Source: Candidatus Parcubacteria bacterium (lineage in GTDB: Bacteria; Patescibacteriota; Minisyncoccia; Phycocordibacterales; UBA5272). Taken from it: a stretch of 64,000 nt of DNA. The translations under genes and the position numbers were made by a program. The stretch lies in the NCBI GenBank assembly GCA_039796775.1, contig JBDKJD010000002.1, forward strand, positions 12,574 through 76,573. Direction: 5' to 3'. A model generated the notes under the pieces. That model saw nothing but the letters and a program-made list of their open reading frames with translations, was not told the DNA's origin and did no database searches. This document shows, one piece after another, positions 9,750 through 20,514 of the stretch (its first letter is position 1; every line of letters begins with the position of its first letter).

Positions 9750-12293
9750 TTATACCGTTACTGCCGCACCCCCTGCTTGTGGAGTGACAGGTGTTGGAGA
9801 TGTGGTGGTTGGTGTTGGAGCAGCCGGAGGAGTCCCTTTGCTACTGTTTTGAGCTTTGTCGATCGCTTGATGTGCAGTACGGATGGCGTCAGTATATTCA
9901 TTTATTTTTTTAAGAACTCGATCTCTATTAACTCTAGCATTCGCCTCACCTTTGGTTTTTAGACTTAGTCCACCATTAAGTCTTGCACTTGCTTCTCTGT
10001 CAGTTTCCAGACGAAGGTTTGATGGTTTTTGTGTCGGAGCTGTCTCTGTATTTGCGGTTGTTGGTGACAAGAAAGGATCCGTACCTTTTCTCAGATATGC
10101 AGGGACATTAGTACGATTACCCTCCCAAGCGGTGTTGGTATTGTCAGGGATTTCAAAATCTAGTGTAGATGCAGATTTTGTTGTTGGTTGTGAAGGTTCT
10201 CCTTTAAGTCTCTTCTGTACAGCCTCAAGTTCTTTTTCTTCTAATGAAATCAGGAGCGCTTCTTGTTGCTTTTCTCGCTCTGTCTTGTCTTTTACTAGAT
10301 TTTCTATACGCTTATGTTTTTCTACAAACAACTCAACTCTTTTATTAAATTCTAACTCTCTATCTTTTTGATCACTTTCAATCTCTCGAAGAGTCATTAA
10401 GAGTGATTGACCGATGTCGCCACGAAGATCAGGGTCTGTTTTTTTGGCTTTCGCTAAATCGTTGTTTAATTCAGTGACGAACTCATTTCTCTCCGCATCG
10501 GATTTTAGCCTCTTATAATTCGCTATTTCTGATTGAGCTAATTCTTTGGCTTTAGCTATTGCTTTAGCGCTCGCTTCATCTGCTTGTGTCCCAAGAGCTT
10601 CCCGTAGCTTCTCCTTCTCTTCTTTTGGTAAGAATTTAGCAGTGCCAACATTTGATATAAATCTCGCTTGTGCTCTCTCTGCGTCTTCATTAACATCCCC
10701 TGCCTTATGAAGCATCTCTCCAGTTTTTGGATCTCTGACATCTCTCTCATAGCGAGTCTTGATTCTCGCTCCTTTGTCTAGAATTTCTTTTCTCCTATTT
10801 TCCATCGCTTGTTCATACCCTATAGTGCTACCTTTTCCTAAGTCTTTAAAACCAGCTTTTGATAATGTGTTAGTTAAGCGATCAGAGTTTCTCAAATCAA
10901 AAGAACTTTTGGATAATGAGTCAGCGAATGAGTGCACTTTCTCCCCTACGAATGTTCCACGATTTCTCTGTATCCAACCCCCTTCTTTATCTTTGAGACG
11001 GGACGCTAATCCACCAATCCCTTTTCTTGCTAACATGCCAGTTCCAGCTAGAGCTCCGCCCAAGGCAAAGCCTCCCACTTTGCCTACAGCTTCAGTTACA
11101 GTCTCACCTATTGCTCCAGAGAATGACTTGGCTATTTTGAATGTGAAATGAAGAGCTACAACCATAACAAGTACACTGAAGAATTGTAGAGTAGCCGGAG
11201 CCGCCCCCCCTCCTTGCATACCTGGCGCGGTTTTTGATATTGCTCCGAATACAGTGATGAATTGTAATGTGAGCGCAAGTAATCCGATAAGCACAGGAGC
11301 AAATGCCAATTGATCAAAGAAGACTTTTCTAATAAATTTGGCCCTGTCCCCAAGCATTGGCAAGATACTATCAATAAAAAGTATAGGAGAAATAACCAAT
11401 ATGCCCACAAGAGAAATAGTTCTCGCAATAACCAGAAACGAAGCATAAAAAAGTACATATGCAGCATAGAAAACAAACACAACTACAAGAAGTGCGGCTG
11501 GGGTGCTGTTGATTGATTTAACGAGATTACTTGAAGTGTTTGAGACAGTGTCGCTCCCTGTTTGGGTGGCAGCAAGAGCTAATTCTTGTAACCCAAGCTT
11601 ATTCATAATAATTGATCCCGGAGTATTGGTACTAGAACCATTTAATGTTTCGCTGCCAAATGTAGCAGTATAGAGATTGAGACTCACCACATTTGACACA
11701 TCAATCACTACTCTCACAGCAGGATAAGAGAAGTTAACAAAGAGTGCGAAGATAATAACCCAAGGTACATATCTGGCAAACTTTTCTTCTTTCCCCAATA
11801 TATACATAAAACCAAGATAAAGTCCTATAAATACAACAAGAAGAGAAATAACTTGTCTCACAAATACCCACAAAGGATACAACGTTTCTGCCTCCCACAT
11901 TTTAAAATTAAGTATCCCTATACTTATAGAATAATTAAACAAGTTCGCTGCAAGCCACAAGAATATCCCGGCGAAGTTAAGGAATACTGTTTTGATGAGC
12001 CAGGCAATGATGGTGTCAATACAAGAAAGAAGATTTCCTTTACTAAAAAGGTTACATTTTGAAGGATTGAGTTGCTCCTCGGTTAACTGGTCTGACTTTA
12101 TAATATCATTAACCTCTTCAAATCCTTCAAATCCAGTACTGATGGCAACCCTTGTTTCGTCTAAAAGTGGATTGGTTGCTACTGGTGTACTTGAAGTAGC
12201 TTGTGCAAAGGAATATACAGGAGACAAGAAAAAAGCTATCAAAAAAAGCAGAGATAAGAACCTTTTCATGATAGTAAGTGTATCATATGACAT
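9750..12293 (-). CDS. VirB6/TrbL-like polytopic membrane protein with a coiled-coil C-tail
   Basis: Multiple TM helices (WVFVRQVIS, IIFALFVNFS, RTISLVGILVISP), Gly/Ala-rich segment, charged tail. Confidence 0.7.
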   Translation of the reverse strand: MSYDTLTIMKRFLSLLFLIAFFLSPVYSFAQATSSTPVATNPLLDETRVAISTGFEGFEEVNDIIKSDQLTEEQLNPSKCNLFSKGNLLSCIDTIIAWLIKTVFLNFAGIFLWLAANLFNYSISIGILNFKMWEAETLYPLWVFVRQVISLLVVFIGLYLGFMYILGKEEKFARYVPWVIIFALFVNFSYPAVRVVIDVSNVVSLNLYTATFGSETLNGSSTNTPGSIIMNKLGLQELALAATQTGSDTVSNTSSNLVKSINSTPAALLVVVFVFYAAYVLFYASFLVIARTISLVGILVISPILFIDSILPMLGDRAKFIRKVFFDQLAFAPVLIGLLALTLQFITVFGAISKTAPGMQGGGAAPATLQFFSVLVMVVALHFTFKIAKSFSGAIGETVTEAVGKVGGFALGGALAGTGMLARKGIGGLASRLKDKEGGWIQRNRGTFVGEKVHSFADSLSKSSFDLRNSDRLTNTLSKAGFKDLGKGSTIGYEQAMENRRKEILDKGARIKTRYERDVRDPKTGEMLHKAGDVNEDAERAQARFISNVGTAKFLPKEEKEKLREALGTQADEASAKAIAKAKELAQSEIANYKRLKSDAERNEFVTELNNDLAKAKKTDPDLRGDIGQSLLMTLREIESDQKDRELEFNKRVELFVEKHKRIENLVKDKTEREKQQEALLISLEEKELEAVQKRLKGEPSQPTTKSASTLDFEIPDNTNTAWEGNRTNVPAYLRKGTDPFLSPTTANTETAPTQKPSNLRLETDREASARLNGGLSLKTKGEANARVNRDRVLKKINEYTDAIRTAHQAIDKAQNSSKGTPPAAPTPTTTSPTPVTPQAGGAAVTV

Positions 12294-12422
12294 CTCGGTA
12301 CTATAGAGAATATATCAAAGGTTTTGACACTGTTTGTGTACACAGAAACACCCAATTAAGTTATTTTGATCGAGGGGCACACCCCACCCTTCTACTCAAT
12401 ACTTTTATCTACCGCCGTTTCC

Positions 12423-14078
12423 TTAAAAATTACTATTATTAGACACTGACGTTGCTTCTATGTTTCGACACACTTCTAAAAATGCAGCATCTTCTGTGTC
12501 TTCCTTGGCATTACCTCTATCTTCATTAAGTTTCACTTTACGGCTCGCTACAATTCCTTGAGTAGGCAATTCCCCTACTTCATAAATATTAGTATATTCT
12601 GAGAATAGTCTATCTATTTCTCTTGAAGAATTAGATTGTTCTATTTTGGATCTAGTGTCTGATATAAGGGTGAGTGCGTCGTTTGCTCGAGCTCTCTCGC
12701 TGGCTGCGTCAGATCTTCTGTTGTCTAGCTGAGACTTTCTGTTATTATAATAACTCATTGCTTGAGAATATCTCCCATCTCCTCTTGTTATATAATTATT
12801 ATTAACTAATGAGTTATAACAGGTTCTGACATTTTCTATTCTGTTACTATAGAGATTAACTTCTATGTCATAATCAGTGAGAGTTTCCAGAAGCTCTTCC
12901 GCGTCCTTTTTGTCATAGTTAAACTTCTTGATTATTGGTTGAAGGAGAGCTTTCTTTCTCTCTACATCACTTGCCAAGTCTTGCTCATCTGGAATGATAT
13001 TATTTGTTGTAACAGTGCTCACCCCTGAGTTATTAGATGAAGAGAAAACTTCATTGATTCCTTTTGTTAAAAATCCAGAAATCATACTACCGAACAGAGA
13101 GCTAAGTGACCCGGCTTCATCTATATTCTGCAGTCTCGCAAAAGGCGAAGTGAGCGCTTCGCTGAGTGCCGCTTGTACGCTCTCGCTCGGATTAATTATA
13201 ACTTCCTTTGTACAAAAGGAATTACCTGCTACGTCTTCTTCAAATGCTAAACACTTAGTTTCACTTTTAGCATTCAAACCAAAATAAATATCACTCCTCT
13301 TCTCGTCTACTTTTTTATCAACCTGTTCTGCGGCGATTTGCTGTACTTTTAATGTCTTAGTGAATTGATTCTCACCGCTTATTATGGCGAGCCACCCATC
13401 ATCCCCTGTTAGATCAGGTCGCTGACTAGCCAAATCAAAGAGTTTTTTGTTAACGCTCGGATTGTTAATATCCCCAGTACAGATATAATTGTAGAGAGCC
13501 TGTTTTTCCCTATGAAGATCGTCCGCTGTATAGTTAACACCAAGTCTTTCTATTGAAAGTCTGGTCAAGGCTCTGTCATTACAATTATTCTCTCTCACTA
13601 TCTTCGGTAGACTAGATGCAAGAGCTTGATTGATCTCATTTTGAGTACTTGATACTTTGTATTGTGAAGTGAGTGAATTAAACACAGAAGCAGCAAATGG
13701 AGAGTTTTCTGGAATTAAATTAATGATTTTCCTGGCCTCGTTTAATTCTACATCTTTTAGATATTCTGTTGGGTCAGCAACAATGAGAGAAGACCCACCT
13801 TCAAACCCCCCGTTAACCCATGAGAGTACGGTATCTATCTGGGTTTGTAAATTGTTCGTGATGAGACCGCTTGCTATTGGGTCTAATACTGTATTTTTGA
13901 CAGCGTCAAGATTAGTTGAAAATGCTGTTGCCCCAGAGCTCACATTAATTGGTATAAGAAGTCCATTATTTAACTTTTGTGTTATCTCTGTCGCTCCTAT
14001 GACTCCTCCCCCTCCAGCACTCACAGAAGAAACGATCGCGACACATAAGCACGCTGTAATAGATAGATATTTGAGCAT
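12423..14078 (-). CDS. Secreted protein with a TrbJ/VirB5-like N-terminus
   Basis: Signal peptide then GGGGVIGATEITQKLNN (resembles TrbJ GATEWTQLANN); WVNGGFEG motif; upstream of the VirB6-like gene. Confidence 0.55.
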   Translation of the reverse strand: MLKYLSITACLCVAIVSSVSAGGGGVIGATEITQKLNNGLLIPINVSSGATAFSTNLDAVKNTVLDPIASGLITNNLQTQIDTVLSWVNGGFEGGSSLIVADPTEYLKDVELNEARKIINLIPENSPFAASVFNSLTSQYKVSSTQNEINQALASSLPKIVRENNCNDRALTRLSIERLGVNYTADDLHREKQALYNYICTGDINNPSVNKKLFDLASQRPDLTGDDGWLAIISGENQFTKTLKVQQIAAEQVDKKVDEKRSDIYFGLNAKSETKCLAFEEDVAGNSFCTKEVIINPSESVQAALSEALTSPFARLQNIDEAGSLSSLFGSMISGFLTKGINEVFSSSNNSGVSTVTTNNIIPDEQDLASDVERKKALLQPIIKKFNYDKKDAEELLETLTDYDIEVNLYSNRIENVRTCYNSLVNNNYITRGDGRYSQAMSYYNNRKSQLDNRRSDAASERARANDALTLISDTRSKIEQSNSSREIDRLFSEYTNIYEVGELPTQGIVASRKVKLNEDRGNAKEDTEDAAFLEVCRNIEATSVSNNSNF

Positions 14079-14099
14079 ATGGTAATAGTATACCCTTTT

Positions 14100-15008
14100 T
14101 TATTCAAACAAAAGAACCCCTTTTTCTTTTTTTGTGAATATGACACCTTCAACTTCAAAGTATGAACGAAGCATTAGAAAGCTTGTCGAGATATTTTTGA
14201 CAGAAACGACATATTCGTCAAACAAAAATACAGAAGGGAGGGAGTCCTTATTCAATATAGAAAGCGCGTACAGAGAAGCAACATAGGTGCTTGTAGTGTT
14301 AACAAGCGATGTATGATGAATGAGAGCGTCTTCTGGTACTTTGATGCGCACGAGGTCGTTGAGTAACTTTCTAGCAATCTTTTCTTTTTCCCCGAATACT
14401 GTTAATTCAGAATCTTTTTTGGTCTTTTGCCAGCGTTCGATGACTTTTATATCGTCGACATGAAGATTGTTAGCGATAGCTTGTTCTAATATCACCCCAA
14501 GAGCATTGCCATATACTTTTCTATCGTCTTCGGTTGGGTTCTTGATAACAGCGAAGTCGTTAATAGAATATACTTTTGGTGAGAATTTCCCCTCCTCTTT
14601 ATCTAAAAGATTTTTGAGCATCAACCGCTTTTCTTCTTCTGAGATATTTGGTTTGGAGGAGAGGTAAGCACTCAAGAGAGCGATATTTTTGGAGAGTGAG
14701 GCTGTGGTGTTGTTCGGATCTTTTAATGACGCTTCGATACGATCACGCTCTTCTTTGCTTAAAGAGAGAAGGGAAGAGGTGGACACTTGAGATGCGATAG
14801 AGTCCTTCCAATCCTCGTTTTTGTTATTATCAGCATCTTTTAAAAGATACAAAAATTCAGAACTGTCACGTAATATAATAGGATTCTTAGTAATCACAGT
14901 GTCAACCTTTTTGTTATCCCAAAGAAAAGAGTTGAGTAAGAGAAGTACAAGAATGAGAATCATAACAAACACAACACCGGTTTGTTTTTTGGTATAGGAA
15001 GTTTCCAT
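14100..15008 (-). CDS. Membrane-anchored hypothetical protein
   Basis: N-terminal TM; DADNNKNEDW Ca-binding-like motif. Confidence 0.7.
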   Translation of the reverse strand: METSYTKKQTGVVFVMILILVLLLLNSFLWDNKKVDTVITKNPIILRDSSEFLYLLKDADNNKNEDWKDSIASQVSTSSLLSLSKEERDRIEASLKDPNNTTASLSKNIALLSAYLSSKPNISEEEKRLMLKNLLDKEEGKFSPKVYSINDFAVIKNPTEDDRKVYGNALGVILEQAIANNLHVDDIKVIERWQKTKKDSELTVFGEKEKIARKLLNDLVRIKVPEDALIHHTSLVNTTSTYVASLYALSILNKDSLPSVFLFDEYVVSVKNISTSFLMLRSYFEVEGVIFTKKEKGVLLFE

Positions 15009-15051
15009 TGTTGTAGTATAAAAAAATGAAACGTATTAACCTAGGGACAAG

Positions 15052-16413
15052 TCATGGAATAAATACATACCCTCTCTCGCCAGGCTGCCATGTCCGCAAC
15101 ACTTCTCCCCTGCCAGAAATGAGATACGATGGGGCGCCGTTTTTGCTACTAAGTATTGGTGCACGTAGTTGAGCTGCGCCTATTTTTGTGAAGAGATACA
15201 TCTGTGCCATAAATGTTGGATTATGATGAAACACTTCAAGTCTTGATTGATAGACTACAAGATTAGGTGCTTCTTTTCTAAGATCAGCGACAGTTCTATA
15301 TGACACCATTTCAGAGCAGATAAGTGTTGCGACACGTATATCATCGATAAGTGTGGTCTTCTCACTATCTCTTCGTCCATAGGTGTGATTCTTGATATAA
15401 GTTTTATATGATTCATTTTGAGGTGCAAAGTATGTGAAGGGTGCATGTAATACAAGAGGGATATATTCATTAAACGCCATCAAAAAAGTCTTTGGACGAA
15501 ATAACTGTTTTTCATTATTCGGTACAAGGAATCTACTCACATTGATTAACTGATTTTCGTCATAGAGAGTGTCTCCATCTATAATCGCAGTAGAAGGCAG
15601 CCTCTTTCTTAACATAGATAGTTCCTTGTCATTTAACGAAGCGAGAAGTCTTGTATCTTCAGGAAGCGCAACCAAGAATGTCGAAGTGGCAAGTGTGAGT
15701 GTTGTGGCGTAGATATCTTCTCTTACCTTATCTACAAAAGGAGTGTCCTCCTCTTTTGTATGAATGTTGGTGGTGATCATAAAAGCCTCACGCTTGACGT
15801 GTTGCATCGGTGGTACGTTGTGAACATAAAGAAAGAACAACAAAATAAAAAATCCGTAACACACAGTAACTTTTTTGTTTTGCGTGAGGATTGATGTGAT
15901 TAGTATTGTTCCTACAAAACTAAGCATAAAAGGTCCTCCATAATATGCGAGCTCAACCAAAGGTGTTATCGCTAAAGCGTGCCCTATCATCCCTGTGGTG
16001 AAATGAAGGTCTATGGTATTTTCTTGTGTGTAATATAGTGTTGAAATAAAGAGCGCTCGCAATCCTTCCGCAAGGACAATGAGTATTCCATAATAGAGTG
16101 GCAAAAACTCTCTGCAGACTCTCTCCCTTTTATACAAAAGTGCGACGATAGCAAAACTAAGTCCACATACAATCGAAAGAATAAGCCATAACAAGGATAT
16201 GCCGATAATTTGTACATATCCTTCACGTAACCAAGCGAGAGGATATGTTGCGAAGAGCCAAAGAAATGTAAAAGCATTATAGACGAAACCAAACAAAAAA
16301 AATCGAAGAACAATAGTCTTTTTTGCTTGTTCTTTATATGTTGTGAGTATGAGGAGTGAGAGTAATGTGACACTTACAATCACATAGAGAGCAATCGTGA
16401 GAGATGTAACCAT
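15052..16413 (-). CDS. lnt: Apolipoprotein N-acyltransferase-like protein
   Basis: N-terminal TM bundle plus nitrilase triad E (LPED), K (KTFLMAFNEYIP), C (LICSE). Confidence 0.8.
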   Translation of the reverse strand: MVTSLTIALYVIVSVTLLSLLILTTYKEQAKKTIVLRFFLFGFVYNAFTFLWLFATYPLAWLREGYVQIIGISLLWLILSIVCGLSFAIVALLYKRERVCREFLPLYYGILIVLAEGLRALFISTLYYTQENTIDLHFTTGMIGHALAITPLVELAYYGGPFMLSFVGTILITSILTQNKKVTVCYGFFILLFFLYVHNVPPMQHVKREAFMITTNIHTKEEDTPFVDKVREDIYATTLTLATSTFLVALPEDTRLLASLNDKELSMLRKRLPSTAIIDGDTLYDENQLINVSRFLVPNNEKQLFRPKTFLMAFNEYIPLVLHAPFTYFAPQNESYKTYIKNHTYGRRDSEKTTLIDDIRVATLICSEMVSYRTVADLRKEAPNLVVYQSRLEVFHHNPTFMAQMYLFTKIGAAQLRAPILSSKNGAPSYLISGRGEVLRTWQPGERGYVFIP

Positions 16414-17171
16414 TGAAGAAGTGTAACATCTTCTGCCCTCACCTTTTCATCTAAAGAAATCTCCAAAAATAGTTCGCGTATATTTTTATCTTTAAATGCT
16501 TCTTGTAATTGTTTGAGCATTATCTTTCTTTTCTGTGAGAAGCCAGCATGAATCGCCTTAAAAAATAACTCCTCGTGATAACGGTTGATAAAATTCTTGC
16601 GAGAGATATTTTTTATTTGAAGGACCGCTGAGTCAACTTTTGGTGCTGGGAAGAAGCTTCCAGCAGAAACTTTGTATACAATTTTTGGTTCCCCATAAGC
16701 TTTAACCGAAAGAGAAAGAAGAGATTCTTTACTATCTCTTGCTACGATACGTTCGGCTACCTCTTTTTGAATAAGTATCACCATAAGAGACGGCTGGTCT
16801 ACATATGCCAAGAAGCGAGAGATGATAGCACCCGTGATGTAATACGGTATATTGGCTATCAGCTTATAGCTATTAGTCATTAGTTTTTGGCTTACCGGAT
16901 CAAATGTTAATACGTCGCCTCCAATTAATATGAGCTTCTTTGAAGTAATTTCAGACGGGAATGTTTCAGATAATAATGGAAGTAAATCTCTGTCTTTTTC
17001 GAGCGCTATGACATGCGCACCGGAGTCGAGTAATCCCTTTGTTAGAAAGCCTTTTCCAGGACCTATCTCAAGAACAGTATCGTTGGAAGATAATTCACCA
17101 GAAGCTATGATTGCGTTACGAGCGGGAATTGAAGTGAGGAAGTTTTGTCCGAATTGTTTTTTGGGAATCAT
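16380..17171 (-). CDS. rsmA: 16S rRNA m6,2A dimethyltransferase KsgA
   Basis: KKQFGQNFL, VLEIGPGKG, ANIPYYIT, PAPKVDSAV. Confidence 0.96.
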   Translation of the reverse strand: MIPKKQFGQNFLTSIPARNAIIASGELSSNDTVLEIGPGKGFLTKGLLDSGAHVIALEKDRDLLPLLSETFPSEITSKKLILIGGDVLTFDPVSQKLMTNSYKLIANIPYYITGAIISRFLAYVDQPSLMVILIQKEVAERIVARDSKESLLSLSVKAYGEPKIVYKVSAGSFFPAPKVDSAVLQIKNISRKNFINRYHEELFFKAIHAGFSQKRKIMLKQLQEAFKDKNIRELFLEISLDEKVRAEDVTLLQWLHLSRLLSM

Positions 17172-17306
17172 ATTGGCAATAGTATTAATTCAGATTAGCA
17201 TAAACATTGACTTTTGTAAAATTTATGATATATTAAACTATAGCTTTTGAGTCACAAAAACTCAATCCATCGTTCATTTCCAACAACATTTACAAAGAGG
17301 TTATAT

Positions 17307-18428
17307 ATGAAATTGTTTAAACGTTCGGCACTCGTCCCCTTCTTTATTCTTCTTGTCATACTTACAGCGTGCAACAAGAAGGAAGAAACAGGTACTAAGC
17401 CAGTAATCACACCCAAAGTTCAAGAGACTCCCTTACCGCAAAAGCCAGCAAAAGAAGAAAAAAAAGATGCAATACGCGGCCATGCTGAGAATTCTCAAGC
17501 TGTTCACGTTGACACTTCTTCTATAGCTGGGCGCAAGCTCGGCGGTCTCTATGCTGACATTACCGGTATATCGGGTGTAGTTGGTAAGGGTTACACTATT
17601 GATTATGGTAAAATTCTTGCAGATCTTTGGATTCGCAAGCTCGACAGGAAGAATGTATCCCCTGCAACCGTAAAAGCTTCGGAAGAACCAATTAGTCTGT
17701 ATCTTGCTGAGCAAAAAAAGATGAACCTCAAACAGTTCATCAAAGAAGCAGAGAAAGAAGTTACGCTTGTTCAAAACAATCTAGACTTTCAATCTGCTTG
17801 TAAGGGGTATAAGCTTTCTGTAGGCGAGTGTGAGATGTTTAAAACGCTTGCGCGTGATGTGCGAGGTGTTGATCTTGTTGCGTATGGTATGACTGAACTC
17901 ATGCCATCCGCCGAAGGTGATCTCAATGTGAAAATCATGGAGATACTCCTTACGAACGCGGGGTCAAATTACCTTTTCACGATTCCAGCTTTGTATGATC
18001 GAATGCTTTCGCTCGGATTCTATCAGTTCACTTCGTATGCGGTGAATAGTGGAACTGGCCAAGGAGCTTCCCGGATGAATGCGTTCCTTAAAAAGGAAGC
18101 AAAAATCCCTGGATCGGTCATCAGGTTACGAAATGGTGAGCATCATCGCGCGGCATATCTTTTTGCGCTCGATAATTTGGCAAACCTTTCAAAGAGAACA
18201 TCAGAGAAAGAGTTCGCTGCGCTTAAGGGAGCTTTGAAGCACAAACCTGGAGATATTGTTACCTTTATAGCAACAGCTCATCATGCACCTAGGCTCGCGC
18301 TCAAGTCTATGAAAAACTGGTTGTCAAAAGGTGGCAAAGGTTCACTTAACGATCATCTGATTGGCAGACTTAAACCGTACGGTAGAAAGTCTGACAACAA
18401 TCTCGCTGCTCTTGAGAAGTTGAGATGA
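17307..18428 (+). CDS. Lipoprotein, possible lysozyme-fold transglycosylase
   Basis: ATG 17307 follows GAGG; lipobox LTAC; TELMP / GFYQF / AHHAP resemble SLT motifs I-III. Confidence 0.6.
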   Translation: MKLFKRSALVPFFILLVILTACNKKEETGTKPVITPKVQETPLPQKPAKEEKKDAIRGHAENSQAVHVDTSSIAGRKLGGLYADITGISGVVGKGYTIDYGKILADLWIRKLDRKNVSPATVKASEEPISLYLAEQKKMNLKQFIKEAEKEVTLVQNNLDFQSACKGYKLSVGECEMFKTLARDVRGVDLVAYGMTELMPSAEGDLNVKIMEILLTNAGSNYLFTIPALYDRMLSLGFYQFTSYAVNSGTGQGASRMNAFLKKEAKIPGSVIRLRNGEHHRAAYLFALDNLANLSKRTSEKEFAALKGALKHKPGDIVTFIATAHHAPRLALKSMKNWLSKGGKGSLNDHLIGRLKPYGRKSDNNLAALEKLR

Positions 18429-18451
18429 GATGAGGTGAAATGAACAGTGGA

Positions 18452-18480
18452 TAAAAGCGATACTGTAAGGTATCGCTTTT
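18452..18480. terminator. Bidirectional intrinsic terminator
   Basis: aaaagcgatac-tgtaag-gtatcgctttt between convergent genes. Confidence 0.75.
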
Positions 18481-18533
18481 TCTTGTACACCTGTCTACAT
18501 TCTATATTCTTTATTCTACACTCTGTATCTCTG

Positions 18534-20468
18534 TTATATATACAACACCGTGCCACCATGCTCTTTGTAATACAATTCATTCCACTCTGCTTGATCTTCT
18601 TGTACATCTTGTAGGAATTCGCTCGGAGCATTGATTTGTTTTTGTCCGAAGATTGTTCTTAATTCTGTATGGGTTAGGAATAATTTTTTCTTGGCTCGTG
18701 TAACTGCTACATAGAATAATCTACGCTCCTCCTCTTCCTCCTCTTTGCTTCTTTTTCTATTACCAATATTTTTGTGAGGGAAAAGGTCTTGTTCAAGTCC
18801 GGTAATAAAGACATATTCGAACTCAAGTCCTTTGGATGCGTGTATAGTCATCAAACGTACCCCAGCCCTGTCTTTCTCGTCATTATCCTGATCGCTCATA
18901 AGAGATGCTTCTTCTAGAAATGTTTCTATCACTTCATGTGCTAGACGATCGTCATATTTCACAGTGAGGGACACGAGCTCGCGCGCATTCTCGAGACGCT
19001 CTCTGTCTTCACTTCCCCCGTCTAACATTTCGCGCTCCATACCACTATCTACAAGTATCATTTGTATAATATGTGACAACGGTTCAGTATTCATCTTCTC
19101 TACAACAGAATCAAGAAAATTAAAAACACCTTTAATCTTCTCTTCACTCTTACTAGGAATAGGTTCACCTGCAAAGAGTTTGGCAACAGTCACCTTCCCT
19201 ATTCCACGTTTTGGAGTTTCGAATACTCTTTTGAGATCAGGTTGTGAATCTCTGTTAAGAGCAGCACGTAGATAGCTCATCACATCTTTTATTTCTCGTC
19301 GTTCAAAGAATTTTGTACCAAGAAGATTATACGCCACCCCTTCTTTCAAGAATGCTTCTTCTAGCACACGTGACTGAAAGTTGGCTCGATACAGTACTGC
19401 GATTTCCAAAGAAGACACTCCTTGTGCTATTAATTCTTTTGCTTTTTTGGCGACCCATTCCCCTTCACCACCTTCGTCCCAAGTTGGAGTGATTTCTATT
19501 TTGTCTCCATCACCCTTTGATGTGAAAAGATTCTTTTTGTTCCTGACTGTATTTTTTTCTATTGAGGTGTTAGCTAGAGATAAAATATTTCCAGTTGAAC
19601 GATAATTCTCTTCAAGTAATACTGTGCGTGTGCCGCCAAAGTCTTTTTCAAAGTTAAGAATATTACGTAGATTAGCTCCACGCCAAGAATAAATATTTTG
19701 ATCAGTATCTCCGACAACACAAATGTTATTGGTAACAGGATTAACGAGGAGCTTCACAAATTCATATTGTGATTGATTAGTGTCTTGATATTCATCGATG
19801 TGAATATATTTGAAGCGTTCCTGATAATAGTGACGTACATGAGCGTGTTCTTCAAGGAGGGTGACAGTTCTCACTATCAAATCATCAAAGTCGAGCGCCT
19901 TCTGCGCACGAAGAGACTCTTCATAGATCCTCCACACAGAAGCGATGATGTCCATCTGAGCAGTAGCGACTTTTTGTTTGTACTTCTCTACCGTTACGAA
20001 GTCACTCTTTTCTCTCGAGATGATGCTTCTTATTTTTGAGGCGTCATGAACTTTTGGGTCAAGAGAAAGTGTATTCATCGCTTCTTTAATAATCGACAAT
20101 GTATCCTGCTGATCAAGTATTGTTGGATACTTAGAGAGTCCAGCTAAGGATGATTGTTCTTTGAGTATGAGAATACCGAGCGAGTGAAATGTTTTGATTA
20201 AAGGGGTGTGATAATAGGGGTTCGGTTGTTCAATTGCATGCTCCTCTTCGAGTCTTTTGAGTACACGCTCACGCATTTCTTTGGCTGCTTTGTTGGTGAA
20301 AGTGACCGCTAGTATGTGAGACGGATCAACCCCTTTTTTGACTATTGCCACGATGCGCTCAGTTATCGTTTTGGTTTTTCCAGCTCCTGCGCCTGCTAAA
20401 ATAAGAAGAGGTCCTTCTGTTATTCCGACAGCCTCTTCTTGTTGTTTGTTAAGCATTGTCATGCGCAC
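18534..20468 (-). CDS. pcrA: UvrD/PcrA ATP-dependent DNA helicase
   Basis: LAGAGAGKT, VTFTNKAA, DEYQDTN, NYRS, MTIHASKGLEF, EERRLFYVAVTRA. Confidence 0.95.
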   Translation of the reverse strand: MRMTMLNKQQEEAVGITEGPLLILAGAGAGKTKTITERIVAIVKKGVDPSHILAVTFTNKAAKEMRERVLKRLEEEHAIEQPNPYYHTPLIKTFHSLGILILKEQSSLAGLSKYPTILDQQDTLSIIKEAMNTLSLDPKVHDASKIRSIISREKSDFVTVEKYKQKVATAQMDIIASVWRIYEESLRAQKALDFDDLIVRTVTLLEEHAHVRHYYQERFKYIHIDEYQDTNQSQYEFVKLLVNPVTNNICVVGDTDQNIYSWRGANLRNILNFEKDFGGTRTVLLEENYRSTGNILSLANTSIEKNTVRNKKNLFTSKGDGDKIEITPTWDEGGEGEWVAKKAKELIAQGVSSLEIAVLYRANFQSRVLEEAFLKEGVAYNLLGTKFFERREIKDVMSYLRAALNRDSQPDLKRVFETPKRGIGKVTVAKLFAGEPIPSKSEEKIKGVFNFLDSVVEKMNTEPLSHIIQMILVDSGMEREMLDGGSEDRERLENARELVSLTVKYDDRLAHEVIETFLEEASLMSDQDNDEKDRAGVRLMTIHASKGLEFEYVFITGLEQDLFPHKNIGNRKRSKEEEEEERRLFYVAVTRAKKKLFLTHTELRTIFGQKQINAPSEFLQDVQEDQAEWNELYYKEHGGTVLYI

Positions 20469-20514
20469 AAGTGTAACACAAAAAGGAATGCTGATTTTTC
20501 TTGATTATGAGTAG

